Source: Mobula hypostoma
Lineage: Eukaryota
Reading direction: 5' to 3'
NCBI RefSeq assembly: GCF_963921235.1
Contig: NC_086107.1
Location: 100,690,001-100,754,000, forward strand
Length of the DNA stretch: 64,000 bases
Shown in pieces: positions 59,394-64,000 of this stretch (position 1 is the stretch's first letter; each line of letters starts with the position of its first letter). The notes beneath the pieces were generated by a model that made no database searches, had not been told where the DNA came from, and saw only the letters and a program-made list of their open reading frames with translations. The translations under genes were made by a program, and so were the position numbers.

Positions 59394-61551
59394 TAAAAAA
59401 TACTTTACTTTCAAAATTTTCAAAAAAAAACAATGGAATCAACAAGAACATACCAGCTCAGACATGTATAAAAATGAAATAAGCAAAAAAAAAGAGGAGA
59501 CTTAAAGAAGAGACTTAACATTAGAGGGATGCCTATTGTACAAAGTGCTCAAAAATACTAAACAGTAAATCTCAAATGAGGGCCGTGAGAAATCGGCTGG
59601 GGGGAAATGGCTCATCTGCCCCCGGCCTTGTCCAGGTAGGCAAGAAATGAATCCCAGATAGTCGAAAGTTTTTTAATTAAATTGGTTCTCAAGAACCTCA
59701 GTTTCTCCATCTGTATGACTGAGATCATATCAGTCATCCATCTCCAAAAGGAAGGGGGAGAAGGTGATTTCCATTCCCTCGCGATGCCTTTTGGCAACAA
59801 TCATCCCCAGCATTAGAGACTGTTGTATGGCTGCAGGGAAACAAATAGTAGATTGCGAGCAGCCAAATATGGCGAGACCAGATTCCAAGGGGAAGGATCT
59901 TTTATAGGCCTTTGAGTACCAGTCAAATATTTTGGACCAAAATCGAGTCAGTAATGGGCAAAACCAAAAGGTGTGTGACAACGTGGCTTCCCTCCCTTGG
60001 TATCTGTCACACATTGGCGAGACAGAAGGGTAAATCCTGTGCAATCTAAGTTTAGAATAATGGAGACGGTGGACAACTTTAAACTGGGTCAGTTGGTGCC
60101 TGCTGTTAACAGAGCAAGCCTGTATCATAGACAAACACTTATCGCAGGCAGCTTCAGATAATTCAGTGCCCAACTCCTCTCTCCAGGCGTCTCTAATCTT
60201 CACAGTAGACGCTACAGTGCAATTATCAAACAAACGTACAAACTTAGAAACGAGACGCCTGGAGTCAGGAGGGTTCTTTAAAATATCAAAAAACATATGT
60301 TTCCCTGGAGGGATTTCAAAATTGCACATCTTAGATTGAATGTAGTGTCTAATTCGTAAGTAACGAAAAAAGTGCGAATGAGGCAGCTCAAATTTCTCTT
60401 TCAGCAGACTGAATGTTGCAAACTGTCCCTCTATGTACAGGTCTTCAGTAGAAATTAGACCCTTCTCCCTCCAAGCATGGTAGGTTTTATCTGACCATGA
60501 GTGTAGAAAGGAGTGATTGAAACAGATTGGTGTTTGTACAGAGGTCTCTGGTAAATTCTGAACGCTCCTAATCTGATTTAGAATTCTGATAGAATTTTTC
60601 AAAACAAAGCTCAAACTTTTTGAAGTCCCAGGCTTCTCTAACTTAGAGAACAGCATGGCTGGCAAGGAGGAATTGACAACAGATTTAGACTCCATACATA
60701 GCCACAAGGGAGCCCCAGGGTCTAGGTTATCCAGAGCCCCTGTTGCCAAAACATTAAAGTTCTAGCATTGACAGCCCAGTAATAGTGTTTAAACACAGGT
60801 AATCCCAGCCCTCCTTCAGACTTGGGCTTTTGTAAATGAATTTTCAAAATCCTGTGATTCTTATAATTCCAGATATAAGACAATATTATGGAGTCTAATT
60901 CTTTAAAGAAAGCTAATGTAAGAAAAGTGAGGAGATTTTGAGAAAGATAGAGAAACCTAGGAAGGGAAACGGTTTTAATTGAGTTTGTACGACCAATCAT
61001 GGACAGAGGTAGGGTTTTCCAACTTTCTATGTTCTGTTTAAGTTTTGAAATAAACTCTGCGAAGTTTAATTTGAATATTAATTTAGGATCTTTGGTGATT
61101 GTCAAGCTAAGATAAGTAAAGTGATCTTTAACTACTTTGAATGGGACACTTTCCAAAATAACCCGCGTGTAGTCGTTGGAGAGCGGCACAAAGTCACTTT
61201 TTGTCCAATTGATTGAGTATCCCGATAGTCTGCCAAAAGCGGTGATTAAATCTAGAAGAGGGACTGACTTTTCTGAGTTTTGTAAGTAGAGTATCACATC
61301 GTCAGCATATAAACTAATAAGTGTTTCAATACCTCCCACTTTCAAACCCAGAATATTTGGGTGACTTCTCATTTTTAAGGCTCTGCTGCGATGACAAAAG
61401 GGCCGGTGAGAGAGGGCACCCCTGCTGGACTGAACGGTGTAGGGGAAACAAAGTTGACTTGTCACCATTAGTTATAATAGAACACATTGGGCTGGCGTAT
61501 ATCAGTTTTACCCAAGATACAAATGACTCCCCGAACCCAAACCTGTACGTC
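59394..61551 (-). mobile_element. 5'-truncated L1-type LINE (frameshifted ORF2)
   Basis: ISLYADDVILYL, GGLGLPVFKHYYWA, CDR..HTFWFC; flanked by agtttcagt(t/c)ttt repeats (59381 / 61552). Confidence 0.88.
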
Positions 61552-62115
61552 AGTTTCAGTCTTTAAATATATTTCCCATGAAGATGTTGTGGGACCTGGA
61601 GGGGGATTGCAGACCGTGGTGTAACTATACAAGTTCAGCTCCTGGAAAGTAAAACGGAGAGTTTGGAAGGTTCTGTGAAAGGTATCTTGGCAAGTTACTG
61701 CAGTGTACTTCGTAAATGGTATATGCTATGTACAGATGCTGGAGAGAAAGAGAGTGGGAGATGAGGAGCCAATGAAAGAAGTTGCTTTTTCCTGGATGGG
61801 GCTGAGCTTAATCAGTGCTGTTGTGATATGCTGGCATTCTGCCAAGTGTGGAGTGCCCATCACCACCTTCAGTTTGGAACTTTTAAAGACTGTGGGAAGC
61901 TTTTGGAGAACTAGAAACAATGTAAAGTGTTGACCAAGGCTCCAACCTGTATTTGTAACCACAGTGGTGTATGGTGACCCACTGGATGCTGGTATTGGAC
62001 TCCCTCCCCATCATCAAGAACATCTTCCAACGGCAGTGCCTAAGAAGGCAGCATCCATCATTTAAAGACCCTCACCATCCAGGACATGTCTTCTTCTTAT
62101 TACTACCATTGGAGT

Positions 62116-63205
62116 GGATGTAGTGGTTCGTCCATCGTCGTCGATGAAGACCTCGACACCATTAGTCACTTTGAGACTGGATGCGGTGTGTCCAAAGATT
62201 ACTGGTCAGGCCAATTAGGGCACGGGATGTCCTGGCACATGTTGGGCAGACGTGCAGGCACTGCAGTTGTTGCGCTGGTGGATCTGGACTTGTGCAGCTC
62301 GCGCTTATGTTGTGCTTCAGCAATGCGCCTTGCTTCGTAAGCTCGACAGCCCTCGTGGATGAGGCCACGCCAGGTAGGGCGGTTTTGTGCCAGCGTTTCC
62401 CAGGAGGTCGTGTCTATGTCAAATGACTTCAGGGAGGCCATTAGTGTGTCTTTGTAACATTTCTTCTGCCCTCCATGTGAGCGTCTTCCAGCAGAGAGTT
62501 CCCCAAAAAGAAGTTGCTTGGGTATGCGCATGTCCGGCATGCGGATGACATGACCTGCCCACCGGGTTCTGTGCTCTCATCAGCAGTGTGTGGACTGATG
62601 GCAGACTTGCTCCAGAGAGAACTTCAGTGTCTGGTACTTTGTCTTGCCATCTGATGCCTAATATTCTGTGAAGACAAGTCATGTGGAAATGGTTGAGCTG
62701 TCTTGCATGCCTTCGATACACAGTCCATGTTTCACAGGCATACAGGAGGGTAGTGAGTACCACGGCTCTGTAGACCTTCAGTTTTGTCGCTGGACTGATT
62801 CCTCAACGTTCCCATACTGTGGAGCGCAGTCTACCGAAAGCAGGACTTGCCTTTGTTATTCTGTATCAATAGTCACTGCTCGGGAGAGGGTGCTGCCAAG
62901 GTAAGTACTGTAAACTGGTCCACTGCCTGTAGCTTCTGTCCTTTGTGATTTTGGGTTCTGTGTACGGTGCATGAGGAGCAGGCTGGTGTATGACTTCGGT
63001 CTTTTTGATGTTGATGGTGAGTCCAAAGTTGTCACAAGCCATGGAGAATTTGTCCATATTGACTTGCATCTCTGGCTCCGAGCCAGCATACAGGGCGCAG
63101 TCATCGGCAAAGAGGAAGTCTCTCAGAACGGTCTCCTTCACTTTGGTAATAGCTTGAAGGCTCCTCAGGTTGAAGAGCTTCCCATCCACTCTGTACTTGA
63201 GGCCG
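62116..63205 (-). mobile_element. RTE-clade LINE 3' part (frameshifted)
   Basis: DGKLFNLR..FLFADDCAL; LLYACETWT..RILGIRWQDKVPDTEVL; RIPKQLLFGEL..GGQKKCYKD; terminal CPTC..H zinc-finger-like motif. Confidence 0.88.
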
Positions 63206-64000
63206 GGGTGTGGCCGCTGTCACATGCAAACAGCTACAGGGAGCCACAGGTGAGAGCTGAGTGCCAGGTGGGGGCCAAAGGTGGACAAACTGCCCTGAAA
63301 AGGACGCGACATGTTCCCCCACCAGAGATGCTACCCCTCCCTGATGCCCCATTGAGGGGATGGGTCGGTGGGGATGAAGTGAGAGGCTGGGAGGTGATGG
63401 ATGGATCTTGCTTTCAATCTGAAGTAAAACTTTTCACCAAGGATCTCCTTAACATTAGGTTTGCACATGATTACAGGTGTGATTGTTCACTCTGTACAGG
63501 ACCTGCTAATAATACTAAATCTGATAAATATTTTAAATAAGACATTTCCAGTCCTTGAATGTTGCCAAGACAAAGGTCCTTTACTAACCTTCTCCAAGAC
63601 TCCGCTCTCCCACCCCACCTCCCAAAACTACACCCTCCCAAATTACCCTGAAGCCAGTTAAACATCTCTCATGCCGTCCATGTAGGTATGGAGTAATTAT
63701 GGTTATAGAGTACCTGGAGCACTTTAAATAATTCCATCCTTCCCGACTGGCTAATATTAATAAATTGCAGCACTAGGTCAGACCAAATTTCCTCATATTA
63801 CAACCAAGTATTTCTGAAATCAGAGGCCTTCGTGGTTTATTGGCATATTGTCGTGACTTCCCTCCTCTACTACAGTAAAATATAGGCCACCTACCTACAT
63901 TATGACCCTTGAGAATTTCCAAGTAGTATGTAATTTAAATCCTGGAAATCAGATGTGAGGATCAGTGGAAGAAGAGAAGCATCTTCTGTTGAGTATGAGC

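Noticed and set aside
51177..64000. TOM1 exon 4 (expected VLETCVKNCG..)
   Set aside because: Not found by eye in the remaining sequence; presumed to lie beyond the window.

Overview
Eukaryotic (vertebrate) genomic DNA. The repeat content suggests a cartilaginous fish, probably a ray (inference). There are two host genes, both on the + strand. The first is the last coding exon of HMGXB4 (1069-1113), followed by a repeat-poor putative 3' UTR. The second is TOM1: its promoter and first three coding exons (9285-9336, 33198-33282, 51098-51176), which encode the N-terminal VHS domain. HMGXB4-TOM1 is the gene order known from other vertebrates. The rest is intronic or intergenic DNA packed with nested mobile elements: CR1 LINEs (one with an uninterrupted 967-codon EN+RT ORF), L1/Tx1, Rex1/L2-type and RTE LINEs, a near-intact Tigger/pogo transposon, two solo LTRs, hAT remnants and tRNA-derived SINEs. 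Three signals stand out. (i) A family of short fold-back repeats carrying minimal hammerhead-ribozyme motifs, one copy with a perfect 14-bp target-site duplication. (ii) A U1 snRNA copy fused directly to a CR1 3' end. (iii) A degenerate twister-ribozyme-like motif at the head of a short RTE-like repeat. Most short ORFs in the supplied track are spurious or are repeat fragments. All family assignments come from recognising motifs by eye; no database searches were run.
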